Counted from the stretch's first letter, positions 20,047-32,876 are shown. The stretch is 64,000 bases of DNA from Pseudomonadota bacterium (GCA_043797085.1 JAZDQA010000008.1:128001-192000), one strand, 5' to 3'. The notes: generated by a model from the sequence alone, not told the origin. Numbers and translations are program-made.

Positions 20047-21306
20047 ATGGAAATAATGGATTACAGTGACCGTTCTAAAATAGAGTTTGGCTTAACTGAA
20101 AAAATAGCTTCCAAAACGATGCAGTGGGCAGTAAAAAAGTACCTTCATCTAAAAACAACTCAAAAAGTATTACCGACTGCACCTGATCAAACACTGCGTC
20201 TATTGTACATTCACATCCCTTTTTGTCTGACACTGTGCCCGTATTGCTCATTCCATAAATTCAGATTTGACGAGCCAAGCGCCAAACGATATTTTAAACT
20301 GTTGCACAAAGAGATGCAGATGATTCACTCTCTTGGGTATCGATTTGATTCGATTTATTTAGGAGGCGGAACGACGACGATTTTACCCTCAGAGTTGGGA
20401 GAGACAATCGATTTGGCTAAATCGATATTCGATATCCGTGAGGTGTCGTGTGAGAGCGATCCACAACATTTGATAGATTTGGAGGATGCAAATCTAATCG
20501 GTAAGATTGATCGTCTTTCTATAGGGATTCAGAGTTTTAATGATGATACTCTCAAACAAATTGGGCGATATAAAAAGTTTGGTTCTGCTGAAAACCAGTA
20601 TGCAAAAGTAGAACGTGCTATCCAGAATTTTCCGATCGTAAACATAGATATGATTTATAATTATCCGAATCAAAGCGAAGAAGCTTTGCACCATGAGATC
20701 GATACGATTCTCAAACTCCGCCCGCCACAAGTGACTTTTTATCCGCTGATGTATGCACCTGGAATTCGAGAGAGTCTCAGTAAGCGGTGGGGAGATCTCA
20801 GCGATACCAAGGAAGCAAAACTTTATCGTATCATCATGGAAAGGATGAACGGGATTTATACTCAGCGGTCGAGTTGGGCATGGTCATTGGAGAAAGAGGG
20901 CATTATCGATGAATACGTGATCGAGAGGAGTGAATATGTCGGGATCGGAAGCGGTGCATTTAGCTTTATAAGTGATACTCTCTACGCTAATACGTTTTCA
21001 TTGCCTGAATATGCAGAAGCATTAGCTGATAACCGATTGCCCATCACGTACGCGATCTCTTTCCCCTCACGTGCAATTCGTCAATATAGGATGATGGTGG
21101 AATTGTTTGGTTTCTCACCAGCAACAGAGCACTTATGGATAGAAAATACTCTTTTAAAACTGTTTGGTGGATACACAAAAGGGAAAGTAAATGCCAAAGG
21201 CTCTTATCTTTTTTCCGTCATGATGAGGGAGTTTTATAACGGAATGGATTACGTCCGCGAGACAATGCGTCATAATCTGACGAATAAAGATGGTTTGATC
21301 GAGTAG
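20047..21306 (+). CDS. HemN-like class C radical SAM, probable menaquinone methyltransferase MqnK/MenK
   Basis: YIHIPFCLTLCPYCSFH, GGGT, QVTFYPLM, MMREFY C-terminus. Confidence 0.6.
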   Translation: MEIMDYSDRSKIEFGLTEKIASKTMQWAVKKYLHLKTTQKVLPTAPDQTLRLLYIHIPFCLTLCPYCSFHKFRFDEPSAKRYFKLLHKEMQMIHSLGYRFDSIYLGGGTTTILPSELGETIDLAKSIFDIREVSCESDPQHLIDLEDANLIGKIDRLSIGIQSFNDDTLKQIGRYKKFGSAENQYAKVERAIQNFPIVNIDMIYNYPNQSEEALHHEIDTILKLRPPQVTFYPLMYAPGIRESLSKRWGDLSDTKEAKLYRIIMERMNGIYTQRSSWAWSLEKEGIIDEYVIERSEYVGIGSGAFSFISDTLYANTFSLPEYAEALADNRLPITYAISFPSRAIRQYRMMVELFGFSPATEHLWIENTLLKLFGGYTKGKVNAKGSYLFSVMMREFYNGMDYVRETMRHNLTNKDGLIE

Positions 21307-21443
21307 AAATATACTTTGAAACCGTTAAGTGAGCGAAAAAGTAATGATTTTTTTTATGGACTTCAAAATAAAGATTAATATTAAACTTTAAAATAAAAAT
21401 ATATTTTGCTACAATAGTTATATAAATTTGAGATTTATGCAGG

Positions 21444-24400
21444 ATGATACGTATGAAAAGAACAACATTGGCCTCGATATTAACTAAAAATGTAACCACA
21501 CTTTCCATTGATGTCACGGTATCGTATGCCATGGAAGTGATGACTCTTGGTAACCTCAGTTCTTTAATTATTGTTGATGCTGATAATAGACCGATAGGAA
21601 TTTTCACTGAACGAGACAGTTTAAAAGTAATTTCAGGAAAAATAGCCTTAGACTCTCATTTAGGTGATGCGATGAGCCAGGGGGTTTATACAGTACATCG
21701 GGATGATGAGATCCATGACACCTACGCCATTATGTCTGACAAAGGTTTTCGGCATTTGGTTATCGTAGATGATGAAGGAAGGCTAGAAGGAGTAGCGACC
21801 CAAGGCGATTTCCTTCGTCATATCGGTTTTGACAATATGACGTATAGCAAAAATATTACGACAGTAATGACCAAATCGGTTGTGATGCTGAATCGTGATT
21901 CAACTATCACCTATGCAGCTTCTTTGATGGCAGAGCATCATAGTGACTATGCTGTCATTACGGAGGGTACGATTCCGGTTGGTCTTATTACTGAACGGGA
22001 TATTTTGCAGTATGCTTCAGCTAAAAATGAATTCGGTGATGATCCGATTTGGAGTGTCTATCAGAGTGATTTTCCTGTGTGCACAGAAGAGACATCTTTG
22101 TCTGAAGCGGCTTCACTTATGGAGCATCATGGTGTTCATCAACTGATTATTGCGGATGATGATGGGAATCTCGTCGGATTATTGACGCGTTATGATCTTT
22201 TACAGGCATTGCATGGGAGTTATTTTGAGTTTTTGATTCGCCAAGTTGATAGCAAAAGTACAGCTTTGACTGAACTCAAAGATGTATATGCTAAGCTGGT
22301 ACAAGACCAAGATGATTTGAGCAAAAGTGAAGAAAAATTCCGAACGTTATTTGACATGCTTCCTGATGGGGTTGTGCTTGTAGATCCTATTACCCATCAA
22401 ACCGTTGATTTTAACAGTGTTGCTGCACAGCAATTGGGTTATACGGCAGATGAGTTTTTAGAGATCAATATAAGTGATTATGAAACGATTGAAACAAAAG
22501 AAGAAACAAATGCACATGTTCAAGCGATTCTTCATGATGGACAACATGAATTTGATACGGTTCACCGTCGAAAAAATGGATCATTGATGGACGTTCGTGT
22601 GACTGTTTCTGGAGTGACTATTCGAGAAAATCCCTATCTTTTAGCCTATTATCGTGATATTACAGATAAAAAAAGACAAGCGATTCGTTTACAAGCACAG
22701 TTAGATCTTTTAGGGATAATAGCTACAAATATACCGATGCAGGAATTGCTTGAAACGATCTCATTATTTGTTGAAAAGCAATGTAATGGAATCAAGTGCT
22801 CGATTTTATTGGCTGACGATAAAACACAGACGCTTCAAAATGGTGCGGCACCGAGTATTCCTTTATCGTATACAAATTCAATTATTGGAGTGCCTATAGC
22901 GCAAGGAAATGGTTCTTGCGGAACTGCGTGTGCGACTAGATTGCCCGTTGTTGTGAGTGACGTCTTAACTGATCCTCTTTGGCATCAGTATCTTTCGTTG
23001 ATTAAACCGTATTCATGGCTTCGTGCATGCTGGTCAACACCATTTTTTGATCAAGACAAAAATTTACTTGGTACATTTGCCCTTTATGCCGATACCCAGA
23101 GAAATCCTGATGCCAATGAACAAGAACTAATGACGTATTCCGCGTCACTTGCGGGTATGGTAGTAGAACGCTTTTCACGGCAGGAAGCATACGCTCAGCA
23201 AGCCGTATTTTTACATACACTGATCAATACAATTCCCGATTTAGTCTGGGTGAAAGATATGGCAGGAGTATATCTCGCGTGTAATGAGATGTTTGAACGT
23301 CTTTATAATGCCAAAGAGCTAGAGATTATAGGTAAAACAGATTTTGATTTTGTAGATTCTGAGCTTGCGCAATTTTTTCAAGATCATGATCGAGCAGCCA
23401 TAGCAGCAGGGGGATCAAAAACCAATGAAGAATTTTTAAAATTTGCCGATGGAAGCTATGAAGGGTTGTTTGATACGATCAAAACACCCATGAAAGATGC
23501 AGAGGGTACTATTATCGGAGTACTTGGAATTGCCCGTGATATTACCGATCGAAAACGTTATGAAGAGCGACTCGAGACGTTGGCAAACTATGATACATTG
23601 ACAGGCTTAGCAAATCGTGCATTATTCTCTTCACATCTGCAAAGCTCGATTGAAAAAGCTAAGCGTCACAAAACTCAAATTGCTGTATTAATGTTTGATT
23701 TAGACCGCTTTAAAGATGTTAATGACAGCTTCGGGCATGCAGCAGGAGATGAGCTGCTTCAGCAAGTAGCACAGCGGTTTGATGTGAGATTACGCGATGG
23801 AGATATTATCAGCCGTTTGGGCGGAGATGAGTTTGCTATTGTCTTGGAACATCTTAATCGTCCAGAAGATGCGGGTAGGATCGCAAAAGAAATGATCGAT
23901 GCACAAAATGCTCCCTATAAACTGATCGGCGGCGCACTAGTGCATATCGGGATGAGTGCCGGGATTGTTCTTTTTCCTGATCATGGAGAGAGTGCTTCTG
24001 AGTTACTTCAGCATGCTGATGCAGCTTTGTATAAAGCGAAAGGGGAGGGGCGAGGTATCTATCGCTACTATACCGATGAATTAACCGATTCCGCACGTCA
24101 ACGGATTGAATATGAAACCTGTTTGCGTCGAGCAGTTACGAATAATGAATTTGAGGTGTATTATCAGCCACAGGTTCATATCGCAACCGGAAAGATTGTT
24201 GGTGCTGAAGCGTTGGTACGCTGGAATGATCCTGAGAAAGGGATAATCTATCCTAGTCTGTTTATTCCTATCGCTGAGGATACGGGTCTGATTGGTGCAA
24301 TCGGTGAATGGGTACTAAACGAGACGTGCCGACAGGGAAAAATTTGGCTGGACGGCGGGCATCGACTGACGCTTGCGGTCAATCTCTCTGCGCATCAAGT

Positions 24401-24860
24401 ACGTCACCAGAATATTCCGGCAATGGTTGAATCAGCTCTTAAAAAGTCAGGATATCCGGCAGATAAGCTCGAGCTCGAACTCACAGAAAGCGCTCTTATG
24501 CAAAGGGAAGAGGAGACGGTGGCAATGCTTCATATGCTTCGTGCACAGGGGATACGACTTGCCATTGATGACTTCGGTACTGGATATTCGTCACTCTCCT
24601 ATCTGAAACGGTTTCCGATTGATGTATTAAAAATTGATAAAAGTTTTGTGGATGATCTTCCGTTTGATGCAGATGATATGGCGATTGTTACGGCCATTAT
24701 CGCTATGGGGACAGCACTTGGTTTTCAGATTTTAGCGGAGGGAACAGAGCGTATCGAGCAGATTGAATTCTTAAAAGAGCGTGGATGTACAATGTATCAA
24801 GGGTATTATAAAAGTCCGCCACTACCTGCAAAAGAGTTTTTTGAACTGTTATGCAAATAG
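21444..24860 (+). CDS. 4xCBS-PAS-GAF-PAS-GGDEF-EAL protein
   Basis: GIFTERD/GLITERD CBS pairs, GSCGTA GAF, RLGGDEF, AEAL, DDFGTGYSS. Confidence 0.9.
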   Translation: MIRMKRTTLASILTKNVTTLSIDVTVSYAMEVMTLGNLSSLIIVDADNRPIGIFTERDSLKVISGKIALDSHLGDAMSQGVYTVHRDDEIHDTYAIMSDKGFRHLVIVDDEGRLEGVATQGDFLRHIGFDNMTYSKNITTVMTKSVVMLNRDSTITYAASLMAEHHSDYAVITEGTIPVGLITERDILQYASAKNEFGDDPIWSVYQSDFPVCTEETSLSEAASLMEHHGVHQLIIADDDGNLVGLLTRYDLLQALHGSYFEFLIRQVDSKSTALTELKDVYAKLVQDQDDLSKSEEKFRTLFDMLPDGVVLVDPITHQTVDFNSVAAQQLGYTADEFLEINISDYETIETKEETNAHVQAILHDGQHEFDTVHRRKNGSLMDVRVTVSGVTIRENPYLLAYYRDITDKKRQAIRLQAQLDLLGIIATNIPMQELLETISLFVEKQCNGIKCSILLADDKTQTLQNGAAPSIPLSYTNSIIGVPIAQGNGSCGTACATRLPVVVSDVLTDPLWHQYLSLIKPYSWLRACWSTPFFDQDKNLLGTFALYADTQRNPDANEQELMTYSASLAGMVVERFSRQEAYAQQAVFLHTLINTIPDLVWVKDMAGVYLACNEMFERLYNAKELEIIGKTDFDFVDSELAQFFQDHDRAAIAAGGSKTNEEFLKFADGSYEGLFDTIKTPMKDAEGTIIGVLGIARDITDRKRYEERLETLANYDTLTGLANRALFSSHLQSSIEKAKRHKTQIAVLMFDLDRFKDVNDSFGHAAGDELLQQVAQRFDVRLRDGDIISRLGGDEFAIVLEHLNRPEDAGRIAKEMIDAQNAPYKLIGGALVHIGMSAGIVLFPDHGESASELLQHADAALYKAKGEGRGIYRYYTDELTDSARQRIEYETCLRRAVTNNEFEVYYQPQVHIATGKIVGAEALVRWNDPEKGIIYPSLFIPIAEDTGLIGAIGEWVLNETCRQGKIWLDGGHRLTLAVNLSAHQVRHQNIPAMVESALKKSGYPADKLELELTESALMQREEETVAMLHMLRAQGIRLAIDDFGTGYSSLSYLKRFPIDVLKIDKSFVDDLPFDADDMAIVTAIIAMGTALGFQILAEGTERIEQIEFLKERGCTMYQGYYKSPPLPAKEFFELLCK

Positions 24861-24880
24861 GAAGCTCTTCTTTGTATGAA

Positions 24881-26074
<1,194 letters not shown>

Positions 26075-26099
26075 TCATGTGTCGTTATTATAAGGACTA

Positions 26100-26116
26100 A
26101 TGCAAGATTTGTTCGA
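26100..26116 (-). promoter_or_regulatory. Candidate nif-type -24/-12-like promoter of nifS (TCGAACAAATCTTGCAT)
   Basis: GAAC-N5-TTGCAT about 35 nt upstream of ATG. Confidence 0.7.
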
Positions 26117-26130
26117 GAAGGAAGGTCACT

Positions 26131-28038
26131 CTACTTGATCCACTCCGAGTGTGAACGCCAAGTAGCTAACCAATCAGGTAACTCATGCGCTGGCATTGGG
26201 CGAGCGATGGCGTAGCCTTGTGCACATTCACATCCCATTTTTAATAACAGTTCTCCGTGCGCTATGGTTTCTACCCCCTCAGCGATTATATTCAAATGAA
26301 ATGCATCAGCAAGGCTGATAATCCCTGATAAGATTGCAAGATCATTGGGATTATTAAACATATCGCGAATAAAGCTTTGATCAATCTTTATCGTGGCGAT
26401 GGGTAACTGCTGGAGATACGTGAGAGAGGAATAACCGGTACCAAAATCATCAAGCGAAAATAATACTTCGAACTCTCTGCACGATTGTATGATTTTAGAG
26501 ATTCGGCTCATGTCTTCTAGCTTACTGGTTTCCAACACTTCCAGTTCTAAATGAGCAGGGTTTATGTCCGGATGTAATGCTAAAATCTCCTGCAAACGGT
26601 TGACGAAATTATCTTCTTGAAGCTGTCGGGCACTAATATTAACGCTTACGTGAACATCGACTCCCTCGTGATGCCAAAGTTCCATTTGGGTTAAGGCAGC
26701 ATTGATAACCCACTCTCCTAGATCAATTGAGAGTGGATGATCTTCGATCATAGGTAAAAAGTGGGCTGGTTGTAAGAGACCGTTTTGGGGATGTTGCCAT
26801 CGAATCAGCGCCTCTACTCCAATAACGACACCTGTTTTCATATTGACTTTTGGCTGATAATAGAGGAGAAATTCAGATAATTGCATTGCTTTATGCATAT
26901 TTTCTATAAATTCATATCTTTCTCGAAGAAGTGTATCTTGCTGTGTATCAAAAACATGATAGCGATTTCTGCCGGCTAATTTGGCTTGATACATTGCTTG
27001 ATCTGCTTGTCGCAAGAGTAAATCTGTATCTATTTTTTGAGCTTGCGGGTAAAAAGTGACCCCAAGACTTGCAGTGATTTGTAATAATAGATTATCGACA
27101 TTTAATGGCTTGGAAGTTGCCTCTAAAAGACGGATAATCATAGGAATAGCATCTTCGATAGTATTCAAATCAAGTAAAAGTATAACGAACTCATCTCCAC
27201 CTATTCGAGCGATGGTATCCCCCTCTCGAAGGGTTTGTTTCATTTGATTAGAGAGGGTAATGAGGACATGATCTCCTACTTCATGACCATGAGTATCATT
27301 GACTTCTTTAAATCCATCCAAGTCGAGATAAACAACGGCCAAAGGGAGTCCATGACGTTGGGACTGAGCCATCCCTTGACTGAGGCGATCGGATAGCAGT
27401 ACACGATTGGGAAGATTGGTCAGTGCATCGTATTGGGCAATTCGGTTTAATTCATTTTCGTATATCTTTTTTTCGGTAATATCGCTCATTACTAAGCGAA
27501 CGACGGAAATGTCATCACTGTTTTTTGTAACAGTCGTCACTAGATGTGCCCAAAAAGGGGGATTTTCTTCACGAAGCAAACGTAATTCAAAAGAGAATTT
27601 TTCATCCGATTTAAAGAATTTTTTGCGGTACAGATAGTAGTTGTTTTGATCTTCTTTGTGGACAAATTCAGACATGAGCCGTCCAACTAGCTTACTTCGA
27701 CTAATCCCAAACAGTACAGCAGCGGTTAAGTTGGCTTCTAAAATTAATCCCGTCTCAGAAAGAGTACAATAGCCTACAGGCGCCAGGTCATAGAGATCAA
27801 AATAACGCTCACGTTGGGCATCAAGCTCTATTTGCGTTTGACGTAATTCCTCGTTTTGCATTTCCAATTCGATTTGATGAACACGTAATTCATGCAGTAT
27901 ACGACCGATTTCTTCGGGCAACATTTTTTCTAAGTTTTCTCGTGACTCATCCATGTTTTCGCGAGCGATTCTTTCGGCTTGCAAACGTAAGTTTTTTGGT
28001 AGGATGTCTACGTCTTTAAAGTTTCCATCCATAATCAT
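26131..28038 (-). CDS. PAS-GGDEF-EAL protein
   Basis: HELRVHQIELEMQNEELR coil, RIGGDEF, VEAL, DDFGTGYSS. Confidence 0.9.
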   Translation of the reverse strand: MIMDGNFKDVDILPKNLRLQAERIARENMDESRENLEKMLPEEIGRILHELRVHQIELEMQNEELRQTQIELDAQRERYFDLYDLAPVGYCTLSETGLILEANLTAAVLFGISRSKLVGRLMSEFVHKEDQNNYYLYRKKFFKSDEKFSFELRLLREENPPFWAHLVTTVTKNSDDISVVRLVMSDITEKKIYENELNRIAQYDALTNLPNRVLLSDRLSQGMAQSQRHGLPLAVVYLDLDGFKEVNDTHGHEVGDHVLITLSNQMKQTLREGDTIARIGGDEFVILLLDLNTIEDAIPMIIRLLEATSKPLNVDNLLLQITASLGVTFYPQAQKIDTDLLLRQADQAMYQAKLAGRNRYHVFDTQQDTLLRERYEFIENMHKAMQLSEFLLYYQPKVNMKTGVVIGVEALIRWQHPQNGLLQPAHFLPMIEDHPLSIDLGEWVINAALTQMELWHHEGVDVHVSVNISARQLQEDNFVNRLQEILALHPDINPAHLELEVLETSKLEDMSRISKIIQSCREFEVLFSLDDFGTGYSSLTYLQQLPIATIKIDQSFIRDMFNNPNDLAILSGIISLADAFHLNIIAEGVETIAHGELLLKMGCECAQGYAIARPMPAHELPDWLATWRSHSEWIK

Positions 28039-31000
28039 GAGTCTACTCTCTTCATATTGATTTTTGATTCAATCATCCGTTCCGTGGTGGCTACTGCATA
28101 GATATTACCGCTTTCGTTTACTAAAGCAGTAGCCGTCAACCAGACTTCTACTATTTGAGCGTCTTTTCTCATTCGTTGCGTAAATAATGGCTCCAAAATT
28201 TCAGCTTGGCTCAACTGATGTACTCGCACTAGCGCTTCTTCTTGGAGAGCTTTTGGTATGCGGTCGCATACATTCATTTTTAGCGCTTCCTCTTCACTCC
28301 AACCATACATTTTCACGGCTCCGGGATTCCAGGCAAGAATCGTACCATCCAAGCTTTGAACGGTAATGGCATCATGCGCATCACGTACAACTACGGCTAA
28401 ACGGAGTAACTCATTGACTTTGAGCTGTGCTTCTGCTGCTTCTTTGCGAGCCGTATTGTCTGTACCGATGAGTAAGTAGCCGATAATCTTCTCTTTATCG
28501 TCACGTAAAGCCGTCACAGAAACGACTGCGGGGAAGCGACTGCCATCTTTACGAACATACGTAAGCTCATAAATATCCTCGATCTCACGGGAAGCTTTAA
28601 ACACCAATGCTTCAAAGCCCGGGGCTATGGGTGTGTTGAATTCCAAACTTAAACTTTCAGCCCTCTGGATGATTTCTGTCGGATCAGAAATATCCGCCGG
28701 TGTGATTTTGTTCATCACCTCCGTGGCGGCATAGCCTAACATTTTCTCTGCACCAACGTTGAAAATTTGAATAACTCCCTTTTTATCGGTAGCAATACTG
28801 GAGAAATTAGTACTGTTAAAAATAGCTCTTTGAAGCGTTCCTGCTTTATAGAGTGCGGCTTCGGCTTCTTTACGGGCGGTATTGTCTATAAAAGTAATGA
28901 CAGCACCCTCTATGACGTTGTCAATCGTTCGGTAGGGGAGGATACGCATCGTGTACCATTTACCAATCACGGTTTGGACATCCAACTCTTTTGGCATCAA
29001 GGTATCCAGCACCGCCTGCACATCATCCACTAGGTTACTATAGCCGATTAAGTTGGAACCAATATGAGAGACAGGTCTTCCTTCATCGCCGGATATAAGG
29101 TTGATTATCATTTTAGCTTCAGGAGTGAAACGGAGAATACGCAGTTGGTGATCCACAAAAACCGTACCAACCCCCGTACCCGCGAGTAAATTGTTCATAT
29201 CATTATTGGCAAGGGATAAATCAGAGACTTTGGTTTGCAGTTCGATATTAACGGTCGCCAACTCTTCATTCGCGGATTGCAACTCTTCTTTCGACGTTTC
29301 AAGCTCTTCATTGGTCGATTGTAACTCTTCGTTTATGGATTGCATCTCTTCGTTTGAGGATTTCAGCTTTTCATTGGAGCTTTCCATCTCTTCATTGGCA
29401 ATTTGAAGATATTCTTCTTTCGCCCACAACTCTTTTTTCAATAGCTCAATACTAAAATGCTCTTCTTGATTTGATCCATCTTCTTGTGATAATGCTTGGA
29501 GGGCCTTTTTTTGAGCTCTTTGTACCTCTATAATCGGTACTTCTTCAAGAATAATCAAGTACAAAGGCGACTCAGGTGTTACCGTAGGATCGACAGAAAC
29601 CACTACGGGGCGGATGGTGAGATTGATGGTATTGAAATGGCCATTAACATTGATGCTCAAACTAGAGTAGCGAACAATCTCTTTTGAGGAGACGGCTTTA
29701 TGCAAAGCAATCGTCAAATCACGCTGTAAGCCTTCACGTGCCATTTTTAGAATATTAATACGGCTGGTTTCACCCACAGGTAATTCCAGATACATTCCCA
29801 TACGCCCATAAAGATAGAGAATGTCACCTTTTATAGTTACAAGTGCTCCTGCGGGTGCAATTTGCTGTAAGAGTGCCTGTTCGGTTAGCTCGCGAAGGGG
29901 TAGTTTTCGCTCAGAGGGCTTTCCTGCTGGCTGAGAAATGACCGTGCGAATGGTGCTTATAGAGGGAAGGAGCTGTTTTATATTAGTCCGTTTTACTCCA
30001 TAGAGCTGTTCTTTTCGTTGGTAAATTTTTGCTTTTCGATCCATTACCGAAAATAGGTCGGTAAAATCGCCGATGCATTCGGAGGTGCCTAAAAAAAGGA
30101 TACCATTGGAATTAAGTGCATAATGAAATAATGGAAAAAGTTTTTTTTGCAACTCTGACCCCATATAAATGAGAAGATTGCGGCAGGAAATGAGGTCCAG
30201 CCTAGAGAAGGGAGGATCTTTAATAATATTATGCTCTGAAAAAATCAGCATATCACGAATATTTTTATGGATTCGATACATACTGCCATCGGGCTCAGCT
30301 GTAAAAAAACGTCCCAGTCGTTCTGCTGTAACATCAGTTGAAATACTGGATGAAAATAGCCCTGTACGGGCTTTTGCTATTGCTTGAGCATCGATGTCCG
30401 TAGCAAAGATCTGAACCACATGGTGCAATTTCATGGCTTCCATATACTCTGACAAAAGTATTGCTATGGAGTACGCTTCTTCGCCCGTAGAACATCCCGT
30501 CGACCAAATTCGAATGACACTTCCTTCGGGTTTAGCGATAAAAAGTTTGGGAATGATATATTCTTCAAGTAGCTTAAATGCTTCTGGGTCACGGAAAAAA
30601 TTGGTGACACCAATTAACAAGTCACGAAACAATGCTACTATCTCGGTCGGTGTATTTTGTAAATATTTAACGTATTTGCCTATCTCATCAATTTGGTGAA
30701 CCACCATGCGTCGTTCAATACGACGATAAATGGTACTAGGCTTATAGAGAGAAAAATCATGACTAGTTTGGGCACGAAGAAGGATAAAAATTTTCTTGAG
30801 CGAATTTTCATACTGTAATGTTGGAGAGGTGGGAGTGCGTGGCAGAGTTCCAAACGCATGGGTCACATAGTCTATCAGTTTGAGGGGCATTTCAGAGGGC
30901 GTAAGCTCGTAATCCACAAGTCCTGTTGCAATGGCACTGCTAGGCATTCCATCGTACTCAGCAGAATTGAGGCTTTGAGCCATCACCATTCCACCTTCTG

Positions 31001-31508
31001 CCTTAATGGCTTGTATTCCTAATGTTCCATCACTGCCAGTACCGGTCAAGATGATAGCGATAGCTTTTTGTGCCTGATCTTGTGCCAAAGAACGAAAAAA
31101 GTAATTAATGGGTAAACGATGACCATGCAGTTCAGTAGGCTCAAAAAGTTGCAGGATTCCATTTAAAATAGCCATATCCTGACCTGGTGGAATGACATAA
31201 ACACAGTTGGGCTGTACCGCCATACCATCTTCAACTTCGAAAACTTTCATACTGGTATAGTGGCTGATGAGTTCTGTCAGGATACTTTTATGCTCGGGAG
31301 AAAGATGCTGAACGAGCACATACGCCATTTCAGAATCAACATTAGCGGGCAAACCTGAAAAGAAAGCCTCAAAAGCCGCTAAACCTCCAGCGGAAGCACC
31401 TATGCCTACAATGGGAAAATTTAATTGGGTATCAGTATCGTAAGGTTCAATGGTATTTTTGGTTTCAGAGAATTGGTCTGGTTGAGCATTCTCCGTTATT
31501 ACTGTCAT
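28035..31508 (-). CDS. CheB/CheR fusion with coiled coil and PAS domains
   Basis: GASAGG, VQH, GTGSDG; GCSTGEEAYS, SCRNLLIY; NEELQS repeats. Confidence 0.9.
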   Translation of the reverse strand: MTVITENAQPDQFSETKNTIEPYDTDTQLNFPIVGIGASAGGLAAFEAFFSGLPANVDSEMAYVLVQHLSPEHKSILTELISHYTSMKVFEVEDGMAVQPNCVYVIPPGQDMAILNGILQLFEPTELHGHRLPINYFFRSLAQDQAQKAIAIILTGTGSDGTLGIQAIKAEGGMVMAQSLNSAEYDGMPSSAIATGLVDYELTPSEMPLKLIDYVTHAFGTLPRTPTSPTLQYENSLKKIFILLRAQTSHDFSLYKPSTIYRRIERRMVVHQIDEIGKYVKYLQNTPTEIVALFRDLLIGVTNFFRDPEAFKLLEEYIIPKLFIAKPEGSVIRIWSTGCSTGEEAYSIAILLSEYMEAMKLHHVVQIFATDIDAQAIAKARTGLFSSSISTDVTAERLGRFFTAEPDGSMYRIHKNIRDMLIFSEHNIIKDPPFSRLDLISCRNLLIYMGSELQKKLFPLFHYALNSNGILFLGTSECIGDFTDLFSVMDRKAKIYQRKEQLYGVKRTNIKQLLPSISTIRTVISQPAGKPSERKLPLRELTEQALLQQIAPAGALVTIKGDILYLYGRMGMYLELPVGETSRINILKMAREGLQRDLTIALHKAVSSKEIVRYSSLSINVNGHFNTINLTIRPVVVSVDPTVTPESPLYLIILEEVPIIEVQRAQKKALQALSQEDGSNQEEHFSIELLKKELWAKEEYLQIANEEMESSNEKLKSSNEEMQSINEELQSTNEELETSKEELQSANEELATVNIELQTKVSDLSLANNDMNNLLAGTGVGTVFVDHQLRILRFTPEAKMIINLISGDEGRPVSHIGSNLIGYSNLVDDVQAVLDTLMPKELDVQTVIGKWYTMRILPYRTIDNVIEGAVITFIDNTARKEAEAALYKAGTLQRAIFNSTNFSSIATDKKGVIQIFNVGAEKMLGYAATEVMNKITPADISDPTEIIQRAESLSLEFNTPIAPGFEALVFKASREIEDIYELTYVRKDGSRFPAVVSVTALRDDKEKIIGYLLIGTDNTARKEAAEAQLKVNELLRLAVVVRDAHDAITVQSLDGTILAWNPGAVKMYGWSEEEALKMNVCDRIPKALQEEALVRVHQLSQAEILEPLFTQRMRKDAQIVEVWLTATALVNESGNIYAVATTERMIESKINMKRVDS

Positions 31509-31658
31509 AGGTATTTCCCTGTTGTATAAACTTATTACTTATTGATCATAATAAGCTTATACATATTAACTGGCTACCCTTAAGATTGAGCGTAATTGTA
31601 TACTTTGACAGACAAAGCATACAAAAGAGTGAATTCTCTACGGTGATGATACAGAAGC

Positions 31659-32873
31659 TTACGCCTGTACGCTCTCTTCTTTATAAACATAGATAGGTTC
31701 GTTACTCGAATCTTCGATCACCGCTTCGGTGATGGTGAGGCTTTGTAGATTCTTTTTTGACGGACAGCTAAATTGCAACGGCAACATTGCTTCTTCGATA
31801 ATACTGCGTAATCCGCGTGCTCCGACACCACGATCGATTGCTTTTTGGGCAACGGCATCGAGGGCTTTGGCTTCAAAGTTCAGCTCGATACCGTCCATAT
31901 CAAACAGCGCTTGAAACTGTTTGATGAGGGCATTATCCGGTTCTTGGAGAATCTGAACCATTTGCTCTTTGGTTAGCTCGGTTAGCTGTGCAACGACGGG
32001 AATACGTCCGATAAACTCAGGGATGATTCCATAGTGAACGAGCGCTTTGGCATCAATCTTTTTAGGTTTAACGACGGTTTCGGCAGTGCTTTTGCTAAAT
32101 CCGACTTTATTCGATTTTTTAGTATGGGTATCGGGTACAAGTCCTACGAACGCACCTCCACAGACGAAGAGGACGTGGGTGGTGTTAAACAATACCGTTT
32201 CAGTGGTGGAATTTTTACGGCTCCCTTTGACGGGGACGTAGACTTCTGCCCCTTCTAGGATTTTGAGTAAGCCTTGTTGTACACCTTCACCTGAAACATC
32301 ACGTCCCATGGTAGAAGATTCCGATTTACGGGCGATTTTATCAATCTCGTCGATGTAGATGATCCCGCGCTGAGCCAATTCGATGTCATAGTTTGCTGCC
32401 GCAAGCAAACGAGAGAGGATACTCTCAACGTCTTCTCCTACGTAGCCAGCTTCGGTGAGTGCGGTCGCATCGGCAACGGCAAACGGAACTTGCATGATTT
32501 TCGAGAGCGATTTGGCGAGCAATGTTTTACCGCTACCCGTTGGACCTACGAGCATAATGTTGGATTTTTCGAGTTCTACGTTGTTGTAGATCGGGTTTTC
32601 AATCCGTTTGTAATGGTTGTAGAGAGCAACGGCAAGGACTTTTTTCGCATCGACTTGACCGATGATGTATTTGTCCAAAAACTCAACGATTTTTTCAGGA
32701 GTAGGGAGCTGTTGCTGCATAGCAGAGCGTTGCTCGTACCGTACCTCTTTTTGCAAAATTGCAGAACAGGTGGTGATACACTCATTACAAATATGGGTTG
32801 TCTCCGAGGAGAACATTTTTTTTACTTCGCTCTGTTTACGACCACAAAATGAGCAGGTTTTTTCAGTATTCAT
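31659..32873 (-). CDS. clpX: ClpX ATPase (nif-associated copy)
   Basis: CSFC..CNEC zinc finger, [29 protein letters not shown] loop. Confidence 0.92.
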   Translation of the reverse strand: MNTEKTCSFCGRKQSEVKKMFSSETTHICNECITTCSAILQKEVRYEQRSAMQQQLPTPEKIVEFLDKYIIGQVDAKKVLAVALYNHYKRIENPIYNNVELEKSNIMLVGPTGSGKTLLAKSLSKIMQVPFAVADATALTEAGYVGEDVESILSRLLAAANYDIELAQRGIIYIDEIDKIARKSESSTMGRDVSGEGVQQGLLKILEGAEVYVPVKGSRKNSTTETVLFNTTHVLFVCGGAFVGLVPDTHTKKSNKVGFSKSTAETVVKPKKIDAKALVHYGIIPEFIGRIPVVAQLTELTKEQMVQILQEPDNALIKQFQALFDMDGIELNFEAKALDAVAQKAIDRGVGARGLRSIIEEAMLPLQFSCPSKKNLQSLTITEAVIEDSSNEPIYVYKEESVQA

Positions 32874-32876
32874 CAC

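Noticed and set aside
29230..29420. Repetitive ctcttc pattern
   Set aside because: Coding NEELQS heptads of the CheBR coiled coil, not a DNA repeat array
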